Of a DNA stretch of 28,813 bases, positions 9,411 to 17,516 are shown one piece after another. The notes beneath the pieces are model-generated. The model saw nothing but the letters and a program-made list of their open reading frames with translations, made no database searches and was not told the origin of the DNA. Each line of letters starts with the position of its first letter. The stretch's first letter is position 1. The position numbers and the translations under genes were made by a program. Source of the DNA: Patescibacteria group bacterium. Its GTDB lineage: Bacteria > Patescibacteriota > Minisyncoccia > UBA6257 > Colwellbacteraceae. The DNA is taken from assembly GCA_023474185.1 (NCBI GenBank), contig JAMCXR010000029.1:1-28813 (forward strand). Direction: 5' to 3'.

Positions 9411-9869
9411 TTATTTGGTTTGCAATTGTTCCAGAGCTTTAAGAGTCGCCAAAGCGTTGGTCAGCTTGTTGGTGGTTGTGCCCAAGCACTTCGCGGTTGC
9501 GTCTTGAACGCCGGCCATTTTTAAAACGACGCGAACCGCTCCGCCGGCAATCAAACCGCGGCCGGCAGAAGCCGGTTTAATCAGAACTTTGGCGGCGCTG
9601 AACTTTGCTTCCACTTCGTGAGGGATGGTCCGATCCTTCATTTTTACCTTGATCAATTTTTTCTTGGCCTGGACTCTTCCCTTGGACACCGCCTGTTCGA
9701 CGTCGCTGCCCTTAGCCACGCCTATGCCAACTCGGCCGTTGCCGTCGCCAACGACCACCGTAGCCCGAAAACGGAACCTCTTGCCTCCGGCCACGACGCG
9801 CGTCACCCGGCGCAGGTCGAGCACCTCTTCGTTAAAATTATCCTTTCTGTTGTTTAAGTTGTCGCTCAT
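9411..9869 (-). CDS. rpsE: 30S ribosomal protein uS5
   Basis: RRVTRVVAGGKRFRFRATVVVGD, PASAGRGLIAGGAVR. Confidence 0.97.
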   Translation of the reverse strand: MSDNLNNRKDNFNEEVLDLRRVTRVVAGGKRFRFRATVVVGDGNGRVGIGVAKGSDVEQAVSKGRVQAKKKLIKVKMKDRTIPHEVEAKFSAAKVLIKPASAGRGLIAGGAVRVVLKMAGVQDATAKCLGTTTNKLTNALATLKALEQLQTK

Positions 9870-10219
9870 ATTTTTATACCGGATTTGCGCAAACTTTCAG
9901 CCAGCGCTTTGATGCGGCCGTGGTATTGATAACGGCTCCTGTCAAAAATGACTTGGTCGATGTTGGCCTTCTTGGCCTTGGTGGCCAGGATTTCTCCTAA
10001 TAGCGATGCCTTCTCTGTCTTCGTGCTCTTTTCCTTCTTCAGCTCCAAAGTCGAAGCTGAAACCAAAGTCTTGCCGTCTTGATCGTTGATGAGCTGAGCG
10101 TAAAGATGGCTGTTGCTGCGGAAAACCGAAAGACGCGGCTGGTCTTTGCCCGCTCGTATCCTGGCGCGCACCCGTCTGGCTCTTCTTTCTCTAAGTAAAT
10201 TTAATTGTTCCCTGCGCAT
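9866..10219 (-). CDS. rplR: 50S ribosomal protein uL18
   Basis: PRLSVFRSN, FDRSRYQYHGRIKALAE. Confidence 0.97.
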   Translation of the reverse strand: MRREQLNLLRERRARRVRARIRAGKDQPRLSVFRSNSHLYAQLINDQDGKTLVSASTLELKKEKSTKTEKASLLGEILATKAKKANIDQVIFDRSRYQYHGRIKALAESLRKSGIKI

Positions 10220-10231
10220 AAATTAAAGATT

Positions 10232-10780
10232 TTACTTGGCGGCCGAACCCGCTGCTTTCTTTCCAGCCTTTCTTCGAATGACCTCATTGTTGTAGCGAAT
10301 GCCTTTGCCATTATAAGGTTCAGGCTTGCGAAAGCTTCTGATTTTGGCGGCAACCTGCCCGACCAAAGACTTGTCGGCTCCAAATATTTTTAAAGTGTTT
10401 TTTGCCACTTCCATTTTAATCCCGTCCGGGATGTCGAATTTTATAGGATGGGAATACCCCAGGTTCAAATTAAGAGTTTTTCCGCTAACTTCCGCCCGGT
10501 ATCCCACTCCCTCGATAATCAATTCTTTGGAGAAGTCGCCGGAAACTCCGGAAACGGCGTTTTGCAACAATGCCCTCATCGTCCCCCAATTGCTTCTGGC
10601 CTGCTTGTTTTGACTCAGAGGGGAGACGATGATTTCTCCGTCCGCTTCTTTAACCTCCACCCACGGCAAAACTCTGACCTCCAGAGAAGCATTTTTGCCG
10701 ACAATTGTGACAACGTCATCGACGGCCTTAACCGACACTCCGCTTTCTATTTTAATTGGCTGCTTTCCTATTTTCGACAT
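10232..10780 (-). CDS. rplF: 50S ribosomal protein uL6
   Basis: MSKIGK start at 10780 (the ORF track's upstream extension overlaps rpsH); GVGYRA, LGYSHP, PEPYNGKGIRY. Confidence 0.97.
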   Translation of the reverse strand: MSKIGKQPIKIESGVSVKAVDDVVTIVGKNASLEVRVLPWVEVKEADGEIIVSPLSQNKQARSNWGTMRALLQNAVSGVSGDFSKELIIEGVGYRAEVSGKTLNLNLGYSHPIKFDIPDGIKMEVAKNTLKIFGADKSLVGQVAAKIRSFRKPEPYNGKGIRYNNEVIRRKAGKKAAGSAAK

Positions 10781-10781
10781 G

Positions 10782-11162
10782 TTACCAAATTTCAAAAAGC
10801 AGCTCTCCGCCGACTTTTTCGCGCCTGGCTTCATACCCGTCCTTTATCCCGCCGGGGGTGGAAAGGACAAAGTGTCCCTGGCCTTGGTGGGATTTGCGCA
10901 ATTCCTTGTAGCCGACGTAAACGCGCCGGGAAGGAGTGGAAATGAATTTCACTCCGGAAATTTGCGGTCGATCGTCGTTGTATTTTAGCTTAACTTCTAT
11001 GATTCTCTTAACGCCGCGCCCCTTTCTCGCGACTGCATCAAGATACCCGCGCTTCGCAAGAAGATCCAGGACCGCCAAATCGTTCCTCGAATAGGGGACT
11101 TTCACTTTTTCCGCTTTCCTCTGTAAGCCGTTTTTGACTGTAATTAATGTATTTAAATACAT
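10782..11162 (-). CDS. rpsH: 30S ribosomal protein uS8
   Basis: ISTPSRRVY, VLSTPGG, GGELLFEIW. Confidence 0.95.
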   Translation of the reverse strand: MYLNTLITVKNGLQRKAEKVKVPYSRNDLAVLDLLAKRGYLDAVARKGRGVKRIIEVKLKYNDDRPQISGVKFISTPSRRVYVGYKELRKSHQGQGHFVLSTPGGIKDGYEARREKVGGELLFEIW

Positions 11163-11163
11163 G

Positions 11164-11349
11164 TTACCAGCTTGATTTTTTCACTCCGGGAATCTTTCCG
11201 GAGCTTGCCATTTCTCTAAAACAAATCCGGCAAATGCCGAAATCCCGCATATATCCGCGCTTGCGGCCGCAACGAAAACAGCGATTCACGACTCTGGTCG
11301 AGAACTTTGGTTTTTTTTGTGAACGCGCTATTACCGATTTTTTAGCCAT
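11164..11349 (-). CDS. rpsN: 30S ribosomal protein uS14, zinc-binding (type Z) form
   Basis: MAKKS start at 11349; RCFRCGR...FGICRICFR (four Cys), 61 aa. Confidence 0.97.
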   Translation of the reverse strand: MAKKSVIARSQKKPKFSTRVVNRCFRCGRKRGYMRDFGICRICFREMASSGKIPGVKKSSW

Positions 11350-11836
11350 TTTGTTTCTTAAACGGGATTCCCAGCTGGCGATAAAGCTCAATACCCTCTT
11401 CCTTGCTTTTGGCGCCGGAAACCAGGGTCACCTCCAAACCAAAAGCAACACGACTGGTATCCTGATCTACTTCAGGAAAAATGACGTGCTCCTTTATGCC
11501 GATTGTCAGATTACCAGAGGCATCGATATTTTTCAAATCTAAACCGCGGAAATCCCGCATTCTCGGCAAAACGACGGTAACCAGCTTCTCCAGGAAGTCT
11601 TTCATCCTTCGCCCTCGCAGCGTGACTGTTAATCCGACTATATCCCCCTCCCTGACTTTGAACCCGGCGATGGATTTTTTGGCGCGCCTGATGGCCGCCT
11701 TTTGGCCGGTGATACCGCTCAATTCCTTGGCAATGTCCGGCAATATTTTTTCCTCGAACTGCGGGCTAGTTCTAGCCCGTCCCAAGCCTACCGAGACGAC
11801 TATTTTTTCTAAAGAGACGCCTGACATTTTTTGCAT
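11342..11836 (-). CDS. rplE: 50S ribosomal protein uL5, N-terminally shortened (164 aa)
   Basis: [44 protein letters not shown]. Confidence 0.97.
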   Translation of the reverse strand: MQKMSGVSLEKIVVSVGLGRARTSPQFEEKILPDIAKELSGITGQKAAIRRAKKSIAGFKVREGDIVGLTVTLRGRRMKDFLEKLVTVVLPRMRDFRGLDLKNIDASGNLTIGIKEHVIFPEVDQDTSRVAFGLEVTLVSGAKSKEEGIELYRQLGIPFKKQNG

Positions 11837-12117
11837 ATTCTTTTCTTATTTCCGCTCTTTGAATTCGTGTCATAGCCGATTCTGGTCGGTTTTCCGCAAG
11901 ACGGACAAACAACTTGTACGTTGGCAATAGCAACCGGCTTGGCCACGGAAATCACTTGTCCTTTTTCTTCCGTAGTCCTCGGACGAACCGTCTTTTTCGA
12001 CATGTTCAGCCCTTCGACTATCACTCGTCCTTTTTCAAAAACAGTCAAAACCTTGCCGGTTTTGCCTCGGTCTTTTCCTTTGATTATTAAAACCTTGTCG
12101 TTCTTTTTGACTTTCAT
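11809..12117 (-). CDS. rplX: 50S ribosomal protein uL24
   Basis: KOW motif (IKGKDRGKTGKV) and C-terminal CPSC...CKKC. Confidence 0.97.
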   Translation of the reverse strand: MKVKKNDKVLIIKGKDRGKTGKVLTVFEKGRVIVEGLNMSKKTVRPRTTEEKGQVISVAKPVAIANVQVVCPSCGKPTRIGYDTNSKSGNKKRICKKCQASL

Positions 12118-12144
12118 TGTTTTTTTGTCGAACCAGTCGAGAGA

Positions 12145-12507
12145 TTACACTATTTCCTCCGCCAAGGAAACTATCTTATCGTATCCTTTTTCTTTCAACT
12201 CCCGCGGGACCGGCCCGAAAATCCTGGTTCCTTTCGGCTCGTTTTTTTCCACCAAAACAACCGCATTATCGTCAAACCTGACGTAACTGCCGTCGGTCCG
12301 ACGCAAAGCTTTTTTTGTGCGGACGATTACCGCCCTGACGATATCTTTTTTCTTCACGCCCTTCCGAGGCTCGGCGGTTTGCACCGAAACAATAATGGTA
12401 TCGCCTATTCCGGCATATTTCTTCCGGCCGCCAAGAATACGGAAGCACCTGACCAGCTTGGCTCCCGAGTTATCCGCTACAGTTAAAATAGCTCTTTCTT
12501 GAATCAT
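12145..12507 (-). CDS. rplN: 50S ribosomal protein uL14
   Basis: [32 protein letters not shown]. Confidence 0.98.
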   Translation of the reverse strand: MIQERAILTVADNSGAKLVRCFRILGGRKKYAGIGDTIIVSVQTAEPRKGVKKKDIVRAVIVRTKKALRRTDGSYVRFDDNAVVLVEKNEPKGTRIFGPVPRELKEKGYDKIVSLAEEIV

Positions 12508-12830
12508 ATTTGCTGGTTACCGCCGGCGTTTCCTTCGGCTTCTCCCGCGTTTACCCGGTCGCTTTTTTTCGACTCTTTCTGCAATACCTTAACTACTACC
12601 CACTTTTTTTCCCGGGATAAGGGCCTGGATTCTTCGATGACCACTCGGTCGCCGGTCCGGCACTGTCCAATCTCGCTGTGAGCTTTGAATCGAGTGGACA
12701 CCTTATGGTACTTTTTGTACTTCGGAGCCATTTTCATCCGCTCAACCAAAACCACGACGGTTTTCGTCATCTTGTCCGAAACCACTGTGCCTTCTAGCCT
12801 TTTTTTAATTTTTGCTTTATTTTCCGTCAT
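12504..12830 (-). CDS. rpsQ: 30S ribosomal protein uS17 with a C-terminal extension
   Basis: [32 protein letters not shown]. Confidence 0.97.
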   Translation of the reverse strand: MTENKAKIKKRLEGTVVSDKMTKTVVVLVERMKMAPKYKKYHKVSTRFKAHSEIGQCRTGDRVVIEESRPLSREKKWVVVKVLQKESKKSDRVNAGEAEGNAGGNQQI

Positions 12831-13023
12831 TTTGGCTCTGTTTTATAAAAGTGAGAATGCGGGCGATTTTTTTCTTGGTTTCGCGCAAATCCTTAACGGC
12901 ATCTTTCTTGCCCCGGTAAACGCTGATCCTTAACTCAGACATTCTGCCGCGAGCGGACGCCAGCTCTTTGACAAGTTCTTCCGCGCCTTTTTCTTTTAAT
13001 TTTTGGATGTCGTTCTTTTTCAT
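12817..13023 (-). CDS. rpmC: 50S ribosomal protein uL29
   Basis: Size, position and the ETKKKIARILT motif. Confidence 0.92.
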   Translation of the reverse strand: MKKNDIQKLKEKGAEELVKELASARGRMSELRISVYRGKKDAVKDLRETKKKIARILTFIKQSQNDGK

Positions 13024-13031
13024 CGCTTTAT

Positions 13032-13442
13032 TTATTCCGTCACTATCCTGGTTTTGAAAGGCAATTTATGGCCCGCCAGCGTCAAGGCCCGCTTGGCCAC
13101 TTCCTCTCCAACCCCGTCCATTTCAATAATAATGCGTCCGGGTTTGACCGGAAAAACGTAATGATCAACCGATCCCTTTCCTCCGCCCATCGTCACTTCC
13201 GGCGGCCTTTTCGTCACAGGTTTGTCGGGGAAAACCCTTATCCAAACCTTTCCCTCGCGCTTGATAAAATTAGTGACGGTCCGACGAGCGGCTTCAATTT
13301 GGTTCGATTTCAGCCAAGCCGGCTCGGTAGCCTGCAGACCGTAGGTTCCGAAAGATAAATAGCACCCACGCGTGTCGATTTTCCTTTTGCGCGAGCGCCC
13401 CTTTTGCCATTTTCGATGCTTTACTTTTTTCGGAATGAGCAT
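13032..13442 (-). CDS. rplP: 50S ribosomal protein uL16
   Basis: [33 protein letters not shown]. Confidence 0.98.
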   Translation of the reverse strand: MLIPKKVKHRKWQKGRSRKRKIDTRGCYLSFGTYGLQATEPAWLKSNQIEAARRTVTNFIKREGKVWIRVFPDKPVTKRPPEVTMGGGKGSVDHYVFPVKPGRIIIEMDGVGEEVAKRALTLAGHKLPFKTRIVTE

Positions 13443-13444
13443 GT

Positions 13445-14089
13445 TTATTTATTTTCGAAAACCTCCCCTCGATAAATCCACACTTTGATGCCAACCGTTC
13501 CAGCGGTAGTGAAAGCGGTTGCTTCGCCATAATCGATGTCCGACCGCAGAGTGGAAAGAGGAAGCTTCCCGCTCATTAAGGATTCGGAACGCGCGATTTC
13601 CCCGCCATCCAGCCTCCCGGAAACGGCAATCTTCGCTCCTTTAACCTCGCGATTTTGCTTCAGCGAATCAAGATGTTTTTTAATCGTTCTTCTGAATTTA
13701 AAACGCTTTTCCAGATCCCACGCGATATTTTGGGCGACAACCGCCGCCGAGGTTTCCGTCCTCTTCAATTCCTCGACGCTCAGGCTTAAAGCGACCTTCG
13801 TTTTAATAGCCTTTTCCAGGGTTTTCGTCAAGTCTTCCACCCCTTTTCCGCCACGGCCGATGATCAATCCCGGTCTGGCCGCTTTAATAAAAACTCGATA
13901 CTTGTCTGGCGTCCGTTCTATCTCCACCCTGGCAATTCCAGCTTGCCCGATTTTTTTAAAAATCAACCTTCTTATCTTTTCATCTTCCTGAAGCCACGCG
14001 GAAAAGTTACGTTTGCTGGTAATCCAGCGCGTATCCCAAGGCTTGGAAATCCCCAACCGATATGAACTTGGCTTAATCCTTCTGCTCAT
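13445..14089 (-). CDS. rpsC: 30S ribosomal protein uS3
   Basis: [11 protein letters not shown] (KH domain), [32 protein letters not shown]. Confidence 0.98.
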   Translation of the reverse strand: MSRRIKPSSYRLGISKPWDTRWITSKRNFSAWLQEDEKIRRLIFKKIGQAGIARVEIERTPDKYRVFIKAARPGLIIGRGGKGVEDLTKTLEKAIKTKVALSLSVEELKRTETSAAVVAQNIAWDLEKRFKFRRTIKKHLDSLKQNREVKGAKIAVSGRLDGGEIARSESLMSGKLPLSTLRSDIDYGEATAFTTAGTVGIKVWIYRGEVFENK

Positions 14090-14091
14090 GC

Positions 14092-14610
14092 TTAAATTGC
14101 TTTTCTTCTGAAAATTCGGCGACGGGACGGTGTTTCTCCCGATTTTTCTTCCTTCGGCTTCGCTTCCATTTCTCTGACAGGCGCTTTGGCTTTTTCTTTC
14201 ACCTTCTTCTCGGTCCCAGCCGACGACTTGATCTTTCTGCCGGTCCGGTGAAAAACAAACCGATCTTTGGTTTCCCCGCTCTTTTCAGCCAAAACCAAAA
14301 CCACGTGACTCCTTTTCTTTTGCAGCGGAGTAGCGCGTCCTTGCGCTCTGGGCAGGTATCTTTTTAACATAAGGCCCTTGTCTACGTAAAGCTCTTTAAC
14401 GTAAAGCTTGGCTTCGTCCAGCTTGCCGTTTTTGGCATTGGCCACCGCCGAATAAACCAACTTGCGCAACGGCTCGGTGCCGCGCAAGTCGAGCATTTCG
14501 AGCTGAGCCAAGGCTTCGTTTACTGTTAAGCCGCGGATCAATCCCGCGACTTTCCGCATTTTCCGCGGAGCAACGTCGATGTTTTTCAGCTTTGCTACGG
14601 CTTCAGTCAT
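14092..14610 (-). CDS. rplV: 50S ribosomal protein uL22 with a ~62-aa charged C-terminal extension
   Basis: APRKMRKVAGLIRG, SAVANA, PRAQGRA..KKRSHV. Confidence 0.97.
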   Translation of the reverse strand: MTEAVAKLKNIDVAPRKMRKVAGLIRGLTVNEALAQLEMLDLRGTEPLRKLVYSAVANAKNGKLDEAKLYVKELYVDKGLMLKRYLPRAQGRATPLQKKRSHVVLVLAEKSGETKDRFVFHRTGRKIKSSAGTEKKVKEKAKAPVREMEAKPKEEKSGETPSRRRIFRRKAI

Positions 14611-14615
14611 GACTT

Positions 14616-14927
14616 TTATTTCTGGGCGGAGCCTTCAGCCGCTTTGACTTTGGCTTCCAATTCTTTTTGAATCTTACCGCCGTGCCTGACAAATTTTTTC
14701 GTTAACGCGAATTCTCCAAGGCGGTGTCCGACCATTTCTTCCGTGACAAATACCGGCACGAATTCCTTACCGTTATGGACGCCGAAAGTAAATCCGACCA
14801 TTTCCGGTGATATCTCCGCGTCCCGCGACCAAGTTTTGATGTTGGCTTTTTCCCCCGGCTTCAGTCCTGCCACTCTTTTTAAGAGGCGCTGATCGATATA
14901 CGGACCTTTGTTAGATGATCTGCTCAT
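14616..14927 (-). CDS. rpsS: 30S ribosomal protein uS19
   Basis: [31 protein letters not shown]. Confidence 0.98.
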   Translation of the reverse strand: MSRSSNKGPYIDQRLLKRVAGLKPGEKANIKTWSRDAEISPEMVGFTFGVHNGKEFVPVFVTEEMVGHRLGEFALTKKFVRHGGKIQKELEAKVKAAEGSAQK

Positions 14928-14935
14928 TTTTTTGT

Positions 14936-15772
14936 TTATTTCTTCTTCCTCCTCACGCGCCGAGAAACAATCAAGGCGTTAGACCATTTACGCTTATTTC
15001 TCGTTTTCCTTCCGCCGACCACTTTTCCCCAAAGAGTTTTGGGGTGTCGCGTTCCGCGCGGCTGCCTTCCTTCTCCGCCGCCATAAGGATGGTCTACCGG
15101 ATTCATCACCGTTCCGCGGACGGTCGGCCTCACGCCGCGATGCCGGGACCGCCCGGCCTTTCCGATATTCACCAGTTTGTTGTCCTCGTTCGAAACCTTG
15201 CCCACGGAAGCAAAATTATCCCAGAGCACTTTTCGCACTTCTCCGGACGGCATTTTTAGGTGGGTATAGCCGTCTTCCTGGGCCAAGACCACGGCTGCAC
15301 TGCCGGCGCTCCTTACAACTTGGCCGCCTTTCCCCGGATTCAGCTCCACGTTAAAAACAGAGTAACCGACCGGCGCGCTCTTCAACGGAACTCTGTTTCC
15401 CGGAGTCAAAGCTGCGTTTTCCGCGGACAATATTTGATCGCCAACCTTTATCCCATCGGGTGCCAAGTGATAGCGGCGATCCCCGTCCTTATAACTGACG
15501 CGCATAATGAAGGCTGTGCGGTATGGATCATACTCCAAAGCCTCAACCCTGCCGGGGATGCCCGTCTTATTTTGTTTGAAGTCGACAATGCGGTACCGCC
15601 TTTTGTTTCCCCCCCCTTGGTGACGAACGGTAATGCGCCCGCGGTTATTCCGGCCGGCGTGAGACGGCAAGGAAATAACCCTGCTCTTCAGCGGATTGTT
15701 TTCGCTCAAAGCTGAAAAATCCGGATAGGTCATATGGCGCCTCGACGGCGTCACTGGTCTGTTTCTTTTCAT
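14936..15772 (-). CDS. rplB: 50S ribosomal protein uL2
   Basis: [44 protein letters not shown]. Confidence 0.99.
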   Translation of the reverse strand: MKRNRPVTPSRRHMTYPDFSALSENNPLKSRVISLPSHAGRNNRGRITVRHQGGGNKRRYRIVDFKQNKTGIPGRVEALEYDPYRTAFIMRVSYKDGDRRYHLAPDGIKVGDQILSAENAALTPGNRVPLKSAPVGYSVFNVELNPGKGGQVVRSAGSAAVVLAQEDGYTHLKMPSGEVRKVLWDNFASVGKVSNEDNKLVNIGKAGRSRHRGVRPTVRGTVMNPVDHPYGGGEGRQPRGTRHPKTLWGKVVGGRKTRNKRKWSNALIVSRRVRRKKK

Positions 15773-15774
15773 GA

Positions 15775-16026
15775 TTAAGATTCTATTTTTATCTTGTCGC
15801 CGGATTTGAGCGTGACTATCGCCTTTTTGACGTTTCTCCGCTTGTTCTTGATATTGGTGATGCTGACGCCGGTGACGGTCACTTTATACACCTCTTCTAC
15901 CGCCTTTTTAACCTCGCTTTTGTTGGCGTTTTTTCCCACCAAAAAAGTGTACTGCCCAGTTTCCGCTTTGGCAACGGCTTTTTCGCTTATCACCGGGTAT
16001 TTAATTAATAAATTATTGGCCGGCAT
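15775..16026 (-). CDS. rplW: 50S ribosomal protein uL23 (short tunnel loop)
   Basis: PVISEKA, YTFLV, ANKSEVKKAVE, KKAIVTL. Confidence 0.95.
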   Translation of the reverse strand: MPANNLLIKYPVISEKAVAKAETGQYTFLVGKNANKSEVKKAVEEVYKVTVTGVSITNIKNKRRNVKKAIVTLKSGDKIKIES

Positions 16027-16660
16027 GGTAATGTTCGTTTATGGCTGATACGGCTTCTTTGTCCAAAAGGACGTCTTTGTACTTCAGTAAATCGTAGACG
16101 TTCAGCGAAGACGCATCAAGGCTTTTGACCTTAGGGATGTTCCGGCTTACCCGGTACGCCGTTTTGTTCTTGCCGTCGGGGACTAGCAAGGCGCTAACCC
16201 TCCCCGACCTTCCTATCCCCTTGAAAAAGCCCAGCAAAAATTCGTTGGCTTTTTTAGTTTTCTCTCCTAATTCCAAGGAGTCGATCACCTTCAGCTCCCC
16301 GTCCGCCAACTTCTTAGAAAGAAGTGAGAAAAGCGCGGCTTGCTTCTGTTTTTTGTTCATCTTCAAAGAGTAGATTCTCTCTTTAGTCGGGCCGTGGGAA
16401 ACGCCACCGTGAACCCAAACCGGAGACCTGGTTGATCCTTGGCGAGACCTTCCGGTGTGTTTTTGCCCCCAGGGCTTGATGCCTCCGCCAGCAACCTCGC
16501 CCCGCCCTTTGGCGTGAGCCAAGTTGTCGCGGCTGTTCGCTTCTTGGGTGCGCAAGGCCTGGTGAACCAAGTCGGCATTCCAACCGCGGTTAAAAACGCG
16601 GTCTGCTCCATCCACCGTCCCTACGACTTCTCCGTTTTTGTTATAGACATCCAGCTTCAT
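16013..16660 (-). CDS. rplD: 50S ribosomal protein uL4
   Basis: MKLDVY start at 16660 (the ORF track's longer start overlaps rplC); GEVAGGGIKPW.QK.TGR, SPVWVHGG, RNIP, LNVYDLL. Confidence 0.97.
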   Translation of the reverse strand: MKLDVYNKNGEVVGTVDGADRVFNRGWNADLVHQALRTQEANSRDNLAHAKGRGEVAGGGIKPWGQKHTGRSRQGSTRSPVWVHGGVSHGPTKERIYSLKMNKKQKQAALFSLLSKKLADGELKVIDSLELGEKTKKANEFLLGFFKGIGRSGRVSALLVPDGKNKTAYRVSRNIPKVKSLDASSLNVYDLLKYKDVLLDKEAVSAINEHYHAGQ

Positions 16661-16670
16661 ACTCGCTTCT

Positions 16671-17105
16671 TTATTTTTGAACGCTGACCAACTTGCCAAA
16701 AGCCCCGGGCACCGCGCCATGCAAGTAGATTATCTTATTTTCTTCATCCAAGCTGACAACTTCGAGATTAGCGACCGTCAACCGCTCGACGCCCGTTCTG
16801 CCGGCCATTTTTCTTCCGGGGAAAACGTGCTGCGGAGCCGTGCTGCCGATCGATCCCGGAGCCCGCCAGCGGTTTTTCTGGCCGTGGCTTTTCGGTCCGC
16901 CGGCAAAGCCGTGCCTTTTGACCACCCCCTGGAATCCCTTGCCTTTGGAAATCCCCCGCACTTTGACCAGATCCCCGACAGCCAGCCCTAAGCCAGAAGC
17001 ATCGCCTTCCAAAACACTGACTATTTCCAAAGGAGTCACCGCCACGGCATTGTCGCCGCGGTAAATTTGGCTCATTTTAAGTTTTTTGGCTTTGATTTTT
17101 GTCAT
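16671..17105 (-). CDS. rplC: 50S ribosomal protein uL3 with a large internal deletion (144 aa)
   Basis: SKGKGFQGVVKRHGF.GGPKSHG, RAPGSIG, GRKMAGR, GAVPG; position after rpsJ. Confidence 0.96.
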   Translation of the reverse strand: MTKIKAKKLKMSQIYRGDNAVAVTPLEIVSVLEGDASGLGLAVGDLVKVRGISKGKGFQGVVKRHGFAGGPKSHGQKNRWRAPGSIGSTAPQHVFPGRKMAGRTGVERLTVANLEVVSLDEENKIIYLHGAVPGAFGKLVSVQK

Positions 17106-17120
17106 TTCTTGGTTCTCTAA

Positions 17121-17155
17121 CTAAAACAACCGGGGATATGCCTCGGTTGTTCTAG
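17121..17155 (-). promoter_or_regulatory. 15-bp stem-loop in the rpsJ-rplC intergenic region
   Basis: mRNA CUAGAACAACCGAGG-CAUAU-CCCCGGUUGUUUUAG, with one A-C mismatch and one G-U pair; it ends 15 nt before the rplC AUG. Confidence 0.6.
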
Positions 17156-17185
17156 TTCCTGCGCTCTATCCCTATGCCGTCTATT

Positions 17186-17512
17186 CTACGCCATTTTTAT
17201 TTCCACATCAACCCCTGCCGGCAAGTTCAGTTCGCTTAGGGATTCCATCAACTTTTGGTTGGGATTCAGGATGTCTATAAGCCTCTTGTGGATTCTCATT
17301 TCGAATTGTTCGCGAGAGGTCTTATGGACGAACGTCGAGCGGTTGACGGTGTAACGGCGGAATTCGGTTGGGAGCGGTATCGGTCCGACGATTTCCGCGT
17401 TGTAGCGATGCAGAGCGTCGACAATCTGCCGGCAGGAATTATCCACCAGCCGATGGTCGTAAGATTTGATGCGCAACCGCAAGCGATCGTTTTTTTCCAC
17501 CTCCTTGGACAT
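17186..17512 (-). CDS. rpsJ: 30S ribosomal protein uS10
   Basis: RLRIKSYDHRL, GPIPLPT, SREQFEMRIHKRLIDI, LPAGVDVEI. Confidence 0.98.
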   Translation of the reverse strand: MSKEVEKNDRLRLRIKSYDHRLVDNSCRQIVDALHRYNAEIVGPIPLPTEFRRYTVNRSTFVHKTSREQFEMRIHKRLIDILNPNQKLMESLSELNLPAGVDVEIKMA

Positions 17513-17516
17513 TGAA

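Noticed and set aside
6451-12507. Possible recoding of TGA to Gly (code 25, as in Gracilibacteria/Absconditabacteria)
   Set aside because: TGA terminates adk, map, rplR and rpsQ at the expected positions in ATGA overlaps, and the ORFs are full length under code 11.
10781-16720. Longer N-termini in the ORF track for rplF (10834), rpsN (11391) and rplD (16720)
   Set aside because: The extensions overlap upstream genes; the family-typical starts are MSKIGK (10780), MAKKS (11349) and MKLDVY (16660).
9141-17105. Short uL15, uL5 and uL3 as pseudogenes
   Set aside because: No frameshifts or internal stops; the conserved functional motifs and tight operon spacing are retained.
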